DNA from: Actinomycetota bacterium
GTDB lineage: Bacteria > Actinomycetota > Acidimicrobiia > IMCC26256 > JACDBD01
DNA: 64,000 nt
Reading direction: 5' to 3'
Assembly (NCBI GenBank): GCA_052390575.1
Contig: JBQTGU010000050.1
Span: 262 to 64,261 of the forward strand
Under the pieces are notes generated by a model that was not told the origin of the DNA, made no database searches, and saw nothing but the letters and a program-made list of their open reading frames with translations. Numbering within the stretch: the first letter of the stretch is position 1; each line of letters opens with the position of its first letter. A program made the position numbers and the translations under genes. This document shows positions 43,520 to 53,081 of this stretch, in pieces.

Positions 43520-45238
43520 GGCATGTCAGCAAACCGGGTGCGGAGTGCGCCGGCGCCGGGACAGGCGCCGATGCCGGCGGCGAACGCCGCTGCGCTCCTG
43601 CGTCGGAACGCGACCGATCCCAACATTCGCGATCGTCCGGCGGTGAAGTTCGACGACGACGTGTGGACCCACGCCGAGTACGTCGCCGAGTCGACCCGCT
43701 GGGCCAACCTGTTCCTCACCCGCAAGCCGGCCGACCGCGCCCTGCACGTGGGGGTGCTGCTCGACAACGTCCCCGAGTACCTCTTCGCCCTCGGCGGCGC
43801 CGCCCTGTCGGGATCGGCGGTGGTTGGGCTCAACCACACCCGGAGGGGCGAGCATCTCCTCCGCGACATCAAGCACACCCATGTCGGCCTGATCGTCACC
43901 GCACCCGGCCACGAGGCGCTACTCGAGCCCATCGCCGACCGGCTCCCGCCCGTCCTCGTCGTGGGACCTGGCCTCGCCGGCGCGCTCGACGAACAGTCGC
44001 GCGGCGACCCCGGCCTCGAGCCCGAGCCCGACACGGTCTGGGGGCTCATCTTCACGTCGGGCACATCCGACGCGCCCAAGGCGGTGATCTGCACCCAGCG
44101 CCGGTTCATGGTCACCGGCAACCGCATGGGCATCATCATGGGCGTCGAGCCCCACGACGTCGGTTACGTGTGCATGCCGCTGTTCCACTCGAACGCCCTC
44201 ATGGTCGGGTGGGCACCCTCGATCGTCTACGGCGCGGCGGTCGGGCTCGGCCGGCGTTTCAGCGCCTCGCGGTGGCTGGGCGACGTCCGCCGCTACGGTG
44301 CGACCTGGTTCAACTACACCGGCAAGCCTCTCGCCTATCTGCTCGCGACTCCGGAGCAACCCGACGACGCCGACAACCCCCTCCGGGTCGCGTTCGGCAA
44401 CGAAGGCTCACCCGAGATCGTCGACGCGTTCGCCCGCCGATTCGACGTCGAGGTCATCGACGCCTACGGCGCCACCGAGGGGGGCGTGGCCGTCAACCGC
44501 GACGCCGAGGAACGGCCGGGCGCGCTGGGCCAGGCCGACACCGCGGTCAAGGTCGTCGACGAGGACGGCAACGAGCTGCCGCCGGCGCGCATCGATCCCG
44601 CGACCGGGCGGGTGCTCAACGCCGACGAGTGCGTCGGGGAGATCGTCAACACCGCCGGGGTCGGGCCGTTCGACGGCTACTACAACAATCCCGAGGCGAA
44701 CGAGCGCACCACCCGGTTCGGCTGGTACTGGACCGGCGACCTCGGCTATCTCGACGACGACCGCTACCTCTACTTCGCCGGGCGCACCGCCGACTGGATC
44801 CGGGTCGACGGCGAGAACTTCCTCGCGGCACCGATCGAGGCTGCGCTCGCCCGCCACCCCGACGTGGTGCTCGCGGCTGCCTACGGAGTCCCCGACGACG
44901 AGGCCGGCGACCAGGTGATGGCGGGGCTCGTGCTGCGGGACGGCAGCGCGTTCGACCCGGCCGGCTTCGCCCGCTGGCTCGACGAGCAACCCGACGTCGG
45001 CCCGAAGTGGCGGCCCCGCTACGTGCGGGTCCTGCGCGACCCGCCCACCACCGGCACCAACAAGATCGTGAAGCGGGCGCTCGTGCACCAGAAGTGGCGG
45101 GCGGATCTCGCCGGGGGCGATCCCGTCTTCGTCCGTCTCCGTGGCGACGACGACTACCGATTGTTCAGCGAAGACGACGAGCGGGCGCTGCACGACTCGT
45201 TCGTGCGCAACCAGCGCGAACGGTTCTGGGATCTCTAA
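43514..45238 (+). CDS. Acyl-CoA synthetase (AMP-forming, FadD-like)
   Basis: FTSGTSDAPKAV AMP-binding motif, YGATEGG, WYWTGDLG, and a C-terminal GTNKIVKR. The ATG at 43523 is an alternative start. Confidence 0.9.
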   Translation: MTGMSANRVRSAPAPGQAPMPAANAAALLRRNATDPNIRDRPAVKFDDDVWTHAEYVAESTRWANLFLTRKPADRALHVGVLLDNVPEYLFALGGAALSGSAVVGLNHTRRGEHLLRDIKHTHVGLIVTAPGHEALLEPIADRLPPVLVVGPGLAGALDEQSRGDPGLEPEPDTVWGLIFTSGTSDAPKAVICTQRRFMVTGNRMGIIMGVEPHDVGYVCMPLFHSNALMVGWAPSIVYGAAVGLGRRFSASRWLGDVRRYGATWFNYTGKPLAYLLATPEQPDDADNPLRVAFGNEGSPEIVDAFARRFDVEVIDAYGATEGGVAVNRDAEERPGALGQADTAVKVVDEDGNELPPARIDPATGRVLNADECVGEIVNTAGVGPFDGYYNNPEANERTTRFGWYWTGDLGYLDDDRYLYFAGRTADWIRVDGENFLAAPIEAALARHPDVVLAAAYGVPDDEAGDQVMAGLVLRDGSAFDPAGFARWLDEQPDVGPKWRPRYVRVLRDPPTTGTNKIVKRALVHQKWRADLAGGDPVFVRLRGDDDYRLFSEDDERALHDSFVRNQRERFWDL

Positions 45239-45241
45239 ACC

Positions 45242-46405
45242 GTGGACCTGAGCTTCACCGAAGAGGAGCAGGCGTTCGCGGAGGAGGTGCGCGCCTGGCT
45301 CGCCGACAACCTCGAGCTGCCGCCGCCGTTCGGCTCGCTCGACGAGGAGATCGAATGGGGCCGGGCGTGGCAGGCGAAGCTGGCCGCGGACCGCTGGGTG
45401 GGCATCCACTGGCCGGCCGAGTACGGCGGCCGGGGCGCGTCGCCGGTGCAGGTGGCGATCTTCAACATGGAGTACGCCCGCTCGCGTGCGCTCCAGCCGG
45501 TCAACCGCGTGGGCATCAACCTGGCGGGGCCGACCCTGCTGGCGCACGGCACCGAGGCGCAGAAGCAGCGGTGGCTCCCGGCGATCCTCGACGCCGGGGA
45601 GATCTGGTGCCAGCTGTTCAGCGAGCCCGGCGCCGGCTCCGACCTGGCCGCGCTGGCCACCCGGGCGGTGCCGGCCGAGGGCGGGTGGCTGCTGTCGGGC
45701 CAGAAGGTGTGGACGAGCTACGCCCGTCAGGCCCGCTGGGGCATCTGCCTGGCGCGCACCGACGCCGATGCACCCAAGCACCGTGGCATCTCGTACCTCG
45801 TCGTCGACGTGGAGGCACGGGGCATCGACGTGCGTCCGTTGGTGCAGATCACGGGCGAGGCCGAGTTCAACGAGGTGTTCCTCGACGAGGTGTTCGTACC
45901 CGAGGACCACCTCGTCGGCGAGCTCAACCAGGGCTGGGCCGTCGCCAACACCACGCTGGCGCACGAGCGCGGCACCGCCTTCCCCTTCAAGGAGCAGGTC
46001 GTGCACGAGGTCTACCTCGACGAGCTCTACGCGCTGGCGGCCGAGCGCGGAGTGCTCGACGATCCCGAGGCGTCCGATGCGCTCGCGCAGGCGTTCGTGG
46101 AGCTGCGGGTGCTCCGGTTGCACAACTGGCGCACGTTGTCGCGTCTCGCCGAAGGGATCGAGCCCGGTCCGGAGTCGAGTTGGGTGAAGCTGGCCTGGAC
46201 CGACATGACCCAGCACCTGTCGGAGAGCGCGCTGGGCGTGCTCGGCGACGCCGCGCCGCTGTGGGCGGGCGCGGCCGAGAACCCTGCCGACGGGAAGTGG
46301 CAGCGCCAGTGGCTGTGGAGCAAGGCGGCGTCGATCGCCGGCGGGACGTCCGAGGTCCAGCGCACGATCATCGGCGAGCGGCTGCTCGGTTTGCCTCGGG
46401 GATAG
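45242..46405 (+). CDS. Acyl-CoA dehydrogenase
   Basis: EPGAGSDLA and GGTSEVQRTIIGERLLGLPR motifs; 387 aa. Confidence 0.9.
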   Translation: MDLSFTEEEQAFAEEVRAWLADNLELPPPFGSLDEEIEWGRAWQAKLAADRWVGIHWPAEYGGRGASPVQVAIFNMEYARSRALQPVNRVGINLAGPTLLAHGTEAQKQRWLPAILDAGEIWCQLFSEPGAGSDLAALATRAVPAEGGWLLSGQKVWTSYARQARWGICLARTDADAPKHRGISYLVVDVEARGIDVRPLVQITGEAEFNEVFLDEVFVPEDHLVGELNQGWAVANTTLAHERGTAFPFKEQVVHEVYLDELYALAAERGVLDDPEASDALAQAFVELRVLRLHNWRTLSRLAEGIEPGPESSWVKLAWTDMTQHLSESALGVLGDAAPLWAGAAENPADGKWQRQWLWSKAASIAGGTSEVQRTIIGERLLGLPRG

Positions 46406-46411
46406 GCTGAA

Positions 46412-46789
46412 TTGATGGTTCGGGTTTCGGGGCTCGATCACGTCGTGCTGAACGTCGCCGACGTCGAGCGTTCGCTGGCGTGGTACACGGGCGAGCTGGG
46501 CCTCGGCGGCGAACGGGTCGAGGAGTGGAGGAACGGCAAGGCGCCGTTTCCGTCGGTGCGCGTCGACGAGACCACCGTGATCGACCTCGTCGCCGCGCCG
46601 CGAACCGGCGAGAACGTCAACCACGTCTGTCTCGTCATCGAGCCGGACGGTATCGACGACCTGGTCAACTCCGGTCGGTTCGAGGTGCTCGAAGGACCGG
46701 TGGAGCGTTGGGGCGCGCAGGGTGTCGCGACGAGCGTGTACCTCTGGGACCCCGACCAGAACTTGGTCGAACTGCGTCACTACGGCTGA
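46412..46789 (+). CDS. VOC family protein (glyoxalase/dioxygenase fold)
   Basis: GLDHVVLNVADVERSLAWYTGELGL, and NHVCL later in the protein. Confidence 0.75.
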   Translation: MMVRVSGLDHVVLNVADVERSLAWYTGELGLGGERVEEWRNGKAPFPSVRVDETTVIDLVAAPRTGENVNHVCLVIEPDGIDDLVNSGRFEVLEGPVERWGAQGVATSVYLWDPDQNLVELRHYG

Positions 46790-46893
46790 TCAGCACCTTC
46801 GCGCCCTCCCAGGCCCGCTGGTAGGGTGCCCGGCGCTAGAGAGGGCGTGCCTCGCGGCACGTCCCTGTGTCATCAAGCTGCAAGGAGCGACCG

Positions 46894-47094
46894 TTGGCGA
46901 CAGGCACCGTGAAGTGGTTCAACGCCGAGAAGGGCTACGGCTTCATCTCGCGTGAGGGCGGGGACGACGTGTTCGTCCACTACTCCGCCATCAACATGCC
47001 CGGGTACCGGTCCCTCGAAGAGGGACAGGCGGTCGAGTTCGACGTCGGTCCCGGCCGCAAGGGCGAAGAGGCACAGAACGTGAAGGTTGTCTGA
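46894..47094 (+). CDS. cspA: Cold-shock protein (CspA family)
   Basis: [17 protein letters not shown] (RNP1) and VFVHYSAI (RNP2). The TTG start lies 6 nt after an AAGGAG SD sequence. Confidence 0.9.
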   Translation: MATGTVKWFNAEKGYGFISREGGDDVFVHYSAINMPGYRSLEEGQAVEFDVGPGRKGEEAQNVKVV

Positions 47095-47096
47095 CG

Positions 47097-47918
47097 CTAA
47101 CCGCGTGACCCGATCCACAATGTGAAGCGGGTCAACGGCAGATAGCCCATCCGCTCGTAGGTACGGCGACCGTCGTCGCTCGAGATGAGCATCGATGGCC
47201 GATCGGGGAGCGCGAGTGTGGCCGCCAAGGTCATGGCTTCCCCATAGCCGCGCCCGCGCACTGCCTCGCTCGATGACACCCACTCGACGTGTGACATCGA
47301 CGCGCCCAGATGCGCCATCGCCGTGCCCACGGCGTCACCGTCGACCAGGCCGAGGTACAGCCGGAAGCTGTCGTCGTCGAGGAGCGCATCCGGGAAGATC
47401 CCGGCGCGCCCCTGCAACTCCGGCATCGGGTATCCCTCGGTCAGGGTGCGTTCGAAGATCCGCAGGTTGTCCGGGTCGGTGACTTCGACGATCTCGAGAT
47501 CGTCAGGCGGCGGGCGCCGCTCGCCTCCCGCGGGGCGGAACATCAGCGGGGGATGCCCGACCGGCTGGAGACCGTGCGGGCGCAGGTCGGAAGTCGGCGT
47601 CGCGCTGAAGAGCATCCACGGACCGCCGGGCCCGCCGGCGAAGAACTCCGTCATCCTTGCGACCACGTCGCCTGCGGCCTGCTCGGGCAGCGGCGCCAGC
47701 AGCACGCCGCCGTTGAGATACGCCCCCGGTGATCCGGCGTCCCCCAGCAGCATGGCGTCGTCATCCAGCACCCGTTCGCCGGCTGCTCGTGCCTGCGTTC
47801 CGACCATCTCGGCGAAGGCGTCGACGTAGGCGCGCACGAGCGTGTCGTCGCTCGGGGCGGCACGGTCCCACTCCGTCGCCAGGTGCTCGCCGGGATCGGC
47901 GACGAAGTCGGAGGCCAT
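47097..47918 (-). CDS. GNAT family N-acetyltransferase
   Basis: C-terminal motif A, VRGRGYGEAM. The start is Met29 of the track ORF. Confidence 0.65.
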   Translation of the reverse strand: MASDFVADPGEHLATEWDRAAPSDDTLVRAYVDAFAEMVGTQARAAGERVLDDDAMLLGDAGSPGAYLNGGVLLAPLPEQAAGDVVARMTEFFAGGPGGPWMLFSATPTSDLRPHGLQPVGHPPLMFRPAGGERRPPPDDLEIVEVTDPDNLRIFERTLTEGYPMPELQGRAGIFPDALLDDDSFRLYLGLVDGDAVGTAMAHLGASMSHVEWVSSSEAVRGRGYGEAMTLAATLALPDRPSMLISSDDGRRTYERMGYLPLTRFTLWIGSRG

Positions 47919-47934
47919 CACATCGAGGCGAGCG

Positions 47935-49332
47935 CTACAGGAACCGCCGCAGGATCCTCTGCTTCCGCTTCGTGTACGGCGGGTACGCGAACGCAGGATC
48001 AACCCGGGTCGACTTGGCCAGGATCCCCTTGCGGTGGCTGAACGTCTCGAAGCCGGCGCGGCCGTGGTACGCGCCCATGCCGCTGGCGCCGACGCCGCCG
48101 AAGGGAAGGTCGGGCACCGCCACCTGGAGCACGGTCGCGTTGATCCCGGCGCCGCCCGAGGAGGTGCGCGTCAGCACCCGGTCTTGGGTATCGCTCGAAC
48201 CCGAGAACACATAGAGCGCCAGTGGCCGGTCGCGCTGGTTGACGAACTCGACGGCCTCGTCGGTATCCGTCACGGGGAGTACGGGAAGGACGGGCCCGAA
48301 GACCTCCTCGGCCATGACGGCCGAGTCAGGCGCGACGTTCCGCAGGACCGTGGGCGCGATGTAGCGCTGCTCGGCGTCGGTGTCGCCTCCGACCACCGCC
48401 GTGCCGTCCGCGAGCAGCGCCTCGAGTCGCCGGAAATGGCGGTCGTTCACGATGCGGGCGTAGTCGGGACTCGCTTTGGGGTCGGGCCCGTAGAAGTCGG
48501 TGACCACCTTGGCGACCCGTTCGACGAAGGCGTCCTCGACCTCCCGGGCGACGAGGACGTAGTCGGGCGCGATGCAGGTCTGGCCGGCGTTGAGGAACTT
48601 GCCCCACGCCACCCGCCGGGCGGCGACGTCGAGGTCGGCGTCGGCGGCGACGATCACCGGGCTCTTGCCGCCCAGCTCGAGCGTGACCGGCGTCAGGTGC
48701 TTCGCGGCCGCCTCCATCACGACCCGCCCGACCTGTCCGTTGCCGGTGTAGAAGACGTAGTCGAAGCGCTCGGTCAGCAGGGCCTGGGTCTCGGCCACGC
48801 CCCCCTCGACGACCGCGATGCAGTCGCGGTCGAGGTACTCGGGGATCAGCCGGGCGAGCGTGGCCGACGTGTGCATCGAGACCTCGGATGGCTTGGCGAC
48901 GACGCAGTTGCCCGCCGCGATCGCACCGACCATTGGTGACAGCAGCAGCTGCACCGGATAGTTCCACGGCGCGATCACGAGCGCGACCCCGAGCGGCTCG
49001 TGCTGCACCCGCGCCTTGCCCGGCCTTTGGGCCAACGGTGTCCACACCTTCTCCGGCTTCGCCCACGACTTGAAGTGCTTGAGCGCGTGCTCGATCTCGC
49101 TCACCACGATGGCGATGTCGCTGACCCAGGCCTCGAGCGGAGGCTTGCCCAGGTCGGCGCCGAGGGCGCCGAGGAGCTCGTCCTCGCGCTCCTTGAGCAT
49201 CTTCTTCATGCCGCGGAGCTGCTCGCGGCGCCACTTGAGCGGGCGGGTCCGGCCCGACTCGAACGCGGACCGCAGTACGGGAACGAGCGCGCCGACGTCG
49301 GTCGTCGTGGTCTCGGGCGTCAGCGTCTGCAT
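47935..49332 (-). CDS. Aldehyde dehydrogenase family protein (class 3-like)
   Basis: ELGGKSP, the catalytic-Cys region GQTCIAPDY, and EEVFGPVLPV. Confidence 0.9.
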   Translation of the reverse strand: MQTLTPETTTTDVGALVPVLRSAFESGRTRPLKWRREQLRGMKKMLKEREDELLGALGADLGKPPLEAWVSDIAIVVSEIEHALKHFKSWAKPEKVWTPLAQRPGKARVQHEPLGVALVIAPWNYPVQLLLSPMVGAIAAGNCVVAKPSEVSMHTSATLARLIPEYLDRDCIAVVEGGVAETQALLTERFDYVFYTGNGQVGRVVMEAAAKHLTPVTLELGGKSPVIVAADADLDVAARRVAWGKFLNAGQTCIAPDYVLVAREVEDAFVERVAKVVTDFYGPDPKASPDYARIVNDRHFRRLEALLADGTAVVGGDTDAEQRYIAPTVLRNVAPDSAVMAEEVFGPVLPVLPVTDTDEAVEFVNQRDRPLALYVFSGSSDTQDRVLTRTSSGGAGINATVLQVAVPDLPFGGVGASGMGAYHGRAGFETFSHRKGILAKSTRVDPAFAYPPYTKRKQRILRRFL

Positions 49333-49397
49333 GGTGTCCTTCCACCGCGGGGGACCCTGACGCTATTCGACGATCGGAGGGGCCGGGGCGGGCCTGG

Positions 49398-50099
49398 TCA
49401 GAGGAGCGTCAGCAGCCCGCGTAGGTCCTCGAGCATGGGCACGGCGGCCCGGGTCGGCTGGTCGGGAGCGCTCGGATCGGGCCAGTGGCCGTCCCGCGCC
49501 AGGTAGGCCGGCGTCATCCCCACCGCCCGGGGCCCTTCGACGTCGGGCCCCCACGTGTCGCCCACGAACAGCGCGTCCGCCGCCACCACTCCTACCTTCT
49601 CGAGCGTGTAGCGGAAGATCCGGGGGTGGGGCTTACGGGCGCCCGCCCACGCCGACGAGACCTCGACGTCGAAGAAGTCCGTGAGGCCGACGTCGTCGAC
49701 GGCCTCGGCGAGGTCCCAGTCCCAGTTCGAGCAGACCGCGAGCCGCAGGCCGCGGCGGCGCAGCTCGCCCAGCACGTCCGCCACCTCCGGGTAGGGCTCG
49801 AGCACCCGCTGCGACGCGCCCGACCGGAGCTTCTGGAGGATCACCTCGTATTCGCCCGGGTGCACGTCGGTCTCCGCCAGCCTGCCGAGGAGGCGCTCCT
49901 GTTGCCAGGCGACGTAGTGGTCGCGGCTCTGCGAGTGCTCGAGGTGCTCGATGCCGTCCACCCCCTCGTTCCACCAGCGGCTGAGCGTGTCGCGCGGCAG
50001 CTCGTACCCGTGCTCGGCCAGCACCGAGTCGATCGACACCCAGTGCGTCGCCTCCGCCAGGGTGCCGTAGAAGTCGAGAAGGACGCCTTCGTACGGCAC
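49398..50099 (-). CDS. HAD family hydrolase
   Basis: GVLLDFYGTLA (motif I variant), CSNWD, and FVGDTWGPDVEG (motif IV). Confidence 0.75.
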   Translation of the reverse strand: MPYEGVLLDFYGTLAEATHWVSIDSVLAEHGYELPRDTLSRWWNEGVDGIEHLEHSQSRDHYVAWQQERLLGRLAETDVHPGEYEVILQKLRSGASQRVLEPYPEVADVLGELRRRGLRLAVCSNWDWDLAEAVDDVGLTDFFDVEVSSAWAGARKPHPRIFRYTLEKVGVVAADALFVGDTWGPDVEGPRAVGMTPAYLARDGHWPDPSAPDQPTRAAVPMLEDLRGLLTLL

Positions 50100-50204
50100 G
50101 CGCCGATTGTCGCAGGCCGGGCGACGTTTCTGAGTAGCGATTACTCACGACGACATGGGCGCGCCGTGGTTGGCTCGCGGCAGTTCCTTACCAGGAGGCG
50201 GGTC

Positions 50205-50426
50205 ATGGACGACCAAACACCCACACAGCCCCAGCAGCCGTGGTACCTGCGCCCGCGCCACGGCCTGTGGCTCGGGCCACTCCTCATCGTCGTGTGCGTG
50301 GCCCTGCGCTTCGGGTGGGGCGGGATCGAAGGCCCGCCGTTCCCGTTCTGGGGCCTCGCGTACGTCACCGGGGCGGCGGGGATCCTTCTGACCTACGGCG
50401 CGGTGGTGGAGCGAGGCCGCGGGTAA
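50205..50426 (+). CDS. Small hypothetical membrane protein (73 aa)
   Basis: An AGGAGG SD sequence lies 6 nt upstream of the ATG. There are two hydrophobic helices. Confidence 0.5.
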   Translation: MDDQTPTQPQQPWYLRPRHGLWLGPLLIVVCVALRFGWGGIEGPPFPFWGLAYVTGAAGILLTYGAVVERGRG

Positions 50427-50431
50427 GCGCC

Positions 50432-50545
50432 TCAGTCGTCCTCGTCGTTGCGGTCGGGGTGTGCCTCGTCGAGGTGGAGCTTGAGCTCCCACTGGGCGGT
50501 GAACCGGAGCTCGCAATACGGGCACTGATGCGATTCGATGCTCAT
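50432..50545 (-). CDS. 37-aa C2H2 zinc-finger micro-protein (below the ORF-track size cutoff)
   Basis: The minus-strand translation is MSIESHQCPYCELRFTAQWELKLHLDEAHPDRNDEDD. This matches C-X2-C-X3-F-X5-L-X2-H-X4-H exactly. 32 of 37 codons end in G or C. The ATG lies 5 nt after the crotonase stop codon, with GGAG upstream. Confidence 0.6.
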   Translation of the reverse strand: MSIESHQCPYCELRFTAQWELKLHLDEAHPDRNDEDD

Positions 50546-50550
50546 GGCGT

Positions 50551-51372
50551 TCACTCCGTGCCGGCGCGCTCGATCAGCGCGCCGAGGTCGAGCTCGCCCT
50601 CCCGGGTCTGGGCCCCGAGCGCGAGCGCGCCCTCCATGCGGGCGTCCAGGTCGGGATCGGCGAGCGTGCGGTTGAACTGGTACGCCTCCTCGATCAGGCC
50701 GTCGGTGATCGTGCCGGTGGCGGCGTCCACGGCGACTTTGGCCCGGCGCACCGCGTCGGGTGGGAACGCCGCGATCCGGCGGGCGAGCCGCTCGACGAAC
50801 GGGCCGAGCTCGGCGGGCGGCAGCGCGCGATTCACCCAGCCGTAGCGCTCGGCGGTCTCGGCGTCGAAGTCGGCACAGCCGAGCACGATCTCGAGGGCGC
50901 GGCCCCGACCCATCAGGCGGGGGAGGCGTTGGGTGCCGCTACCCCCGGGGATGATCCCGACCGACACCTCGGGCTGGCTCAGGACCGCGTCGCTGGCGGC
51001 GAAGCGCAGGTCGAGCGAGAGCGCGAACTCGCTGCCACCACCCCGGGCCCGTCCCTCGATCTGGGCCATCGTGACCTGCGGGAGGGTGCGCCACTGCTCC
51101 ATGAACTGGTGGATGCCGGTGATTTCCGAGCTCCGTTCGGTGACGTCACGGGGCAGCTGCTGGATCAGCTGCAGATCGGCGTGGGCGATGAAGAAGTCGG
51201 GGTCGGCGCTTCGCACCACGACGACGCGCTCGTCACGGTCCGGCAACGAGTTCGCCACCCGCCACAGGTCGCCGATCAGGGTGGCGTCGAGCAGGTTCAC
51301 CGGCGGATGGTCGAGAGTGACGAAGGCGACGCCGGCGTCGACGTCGACGTGCAGGCTCTCGTACTTGCTCAT
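50551..51372 (-). CDS. Enoyl-CoA hydratase/isomerase (crotonase) family protein
   Basis: Crotonase-fold pattern (VTLDHPPVNLL ... GRARGGGSEFAL). The ATG overlaps the GMC gene's stop codon. Confidence 0.85.
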   Translation of the reverse strand: MSKYESLHVDVDAGVAFVTLDHPPVNLLDATLIGDLWRVANSLPDRDERVVVVRSADPDFFIAHADLQLIQQLPRDVTERSSEITGIHQFMEQWRTLPQVTMAQIEGRARGGGSEFALSLDLRFAASDAVLSQPEVSVGIIPGGSGTQRLPRLMGRGRALEIVLGCADFDAETAERYGWVNRALPPAELGPFVERLARRIAAFPPDAVRRAKVAVDAATGTITDGLIEEAYQFNRTLADPDLDARMEGALALGAQTREGELDLGALIERAGTE

Positions 51373-53081
51373 CGCGGCAGCATGGCATCCGCGGGCGGGC
51401 GCTGCGAGCGGAGAGGGTCGAGGCCGGCGAGCTCACGACACGCGCGGATCGCCAACGCGACCAGGGTGAGCGTCGGGCCGTACCCCGTCGACGTCGGGAA
51501 CACCGACGAGTCGGCGCAGACCATGTTCTCGACGTCGTGGAAGCGGCTCCAGCGGTCGACGACGCTCGTGGCGGGGTCGTCGCCCATGCGACAGGTACCC
51601 ATCACGTGGCGCGAAACGGGCGCGGGCCCGAGCGCGCCGTCGTCCCCGTTCACCGGCGGGGAGGTCGTGGTGATCGTCCACTCCGCGCCTGCCTCCTTCA
51701 AGATCGCCTCGAGCTGGGGGGCGACGTAGGCCGAGCACGCCACCTCGTGGCGGTGGGGCGCATACGTCACGCGCCCGGCCGGGAAGCCCCACACGTCGCG
51801 CACCTTGGGATCGAGATCGACCCGGTTGGCCGGTTGCGGCAGGTCCTCGCCCTGCACCGTGAACACCCACATGCGGTCGCGTAACGGCGACTCGAGCATG
51901 AGCTGGGTGTGCAGCTCGCCGGGCGGCAGGTGCACCGCTTCCATGAGCGGACCGACGGCGCCGCCGTGCTCGACGATCCCACCCCGGAAGTAGGGGAGAC
52001 CGGCCGCGCGGGCGGCCGTCCGGCTCTCGTCGGTGACGAGCATGTGGTCGTCGTGCAGGTGCGTGACCGACCGGCCCCGGTGTCCATGAAGGCGGAACGG
52101 GAACGATCCCACCACCAGCGTCTGGAAATGAAACATCAGGTGCCGCCCGACCAGCCCCGACGAGTTGCCCACGCCGCCGCGCAGCAACAGCCGGGGGGTC
52201 TCGAACGCGCCCGCGGCCAGCACCACGTGGTCGGCCGCGACCTCGTGCTCGGCGCCGTCGGCGTCGAGGTAGCGCACGCCGCGGGCATGCCTGCCGGTCT
52301 GGTCGAGGACGACCGTGCTGACGTGGGACTCGGGGCGGACCTCGCAGCGGCCGCTGCGCAGCGCATGGCGCAGCGGGGCGACCGGGTCGCCCTTGGCGTC
52401 GATGGGGCAGCCGAAGAACCCGCAGAAGCCGCAGTTGTTGCACGCGGGCCGACCGTCGTACTCGACGCTGTTCACGCCCGTGGGCGCGCGGTAGGGGTGG
52501 TACCCGAGTCGGTCGGCGGCCTCGCTCGACAACACGGCGCCGTACATGTCGGGGCCGGGCGGCATCGGGTACGGCCCCGACCGCCACGCCGCGAACGGGT
52601 TGGCGCCGGCCTCGCCGGCCACGCCCACGATCCGCTCTGCCTCGGCGTAGTACGGCTCGAGCTCGTCGTAGCCGAGGGGCCAGTCGACGACATCCGCCCC
52701 GTCGATGGGCCCGAGCTCCGAGCGCGGCCGCAAGTCGACCTCGCGGAAGCGGGGGAGCTTGCCGTCGGCGTGGAAGCCGCCGCCGCCGACACCCGAGGGA
52801 AGATTGTTCACGTCGCCGGTGAACGTGCGCTCCCCGTCCGCCTCGCTGTGCCGGAACGTGCGCGGCTCGAGGAGAGGGTCGGGGCCGAGGAAGTGGCGGA
52901 ACATGAACTTCAGCTCGTCGTTCGAGATGTCACCGGTCGGCGCGAACGGCGGCTCCAACGACAGCAGGTGGTTGCGCCCCTTCTCGAGCACGATCACCGA
53001 CCATCCCGCGTCGGTGAGGACGTGCGCGGCGGTCGCGCCGGCGGGCCCGCTGCCGACGACGACCGCGTCGCAGTCGGTCAC
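51369..53081 (-). CDS. GMC family FAD-dependent oxidoreductase (gluconate 2-dehydrogenase flavoprotein-like)
   Basis: DAVVVGSGPAGATAA FAD-binding motif; 570 aa. The C-terminal region has HVMGTCRMG. Confidence 0.85.
   Translation of the reverse strand: MTDCDAVVVGSGPAGATAAHVLTDAGWSVIVLEKGRNHLLSLEPPFAPTGDISNDELKFMFRHFLGPDPLLEPRTFRHSEADGERTFTGDVNNLPSGVGGGGFHADGKLPRFREVDLRPRSELGPIDGADVVDWPLGYDELEPYYAEAERIVGVAGEAGANPFAAWRSGPYPMPPGPDMYGAVLSSEAADRLGYHPYRAPTGVNSVEYDGRPACNNCGFCGFFGCPIDAKGDPVAPLRHALRSGRCEVRPESHVSTVVLDQTGRHARGVRYLDADGAEHEVAADHVVLAAGAFETPRLLLRGGVGNSSGLVGRHLMFHFQTLVVGSFPFRLHGHRGRSVTHLHDDHMLVTDESRTAARAAGLPYFRGGIVEHGGAVGPLMEAVHLPPGELHTQLMLESPLRDRMWVFTVQGEDLPQPANRVDLDPKVRDVWGFPAGRVTYAPHRHEVACSAYVAPQLEAILKEAGAEWTITTTSPPVNGDDGALGPAPVSRHVMGTCRMGDDPATSVVDRWSRFHDVENMVCADSSVFPTSTGYGPTLTLVALAIRACRELAGLDPLRSQRPPADAMLPR

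Noticed and set aside
43663-46780. 915-aa plus-strand ORF (43663..46410) and 790-aa minus-strand ORF (44408..46780) spanning the FadD, ACAD and VOC genes.
   Set aside because: These are off-frame or antisense shadows. The real frames contain the AMP-binding and ACAD signature motifs, and the shadows are Arg/Pro/Gly-rich with no motifs.
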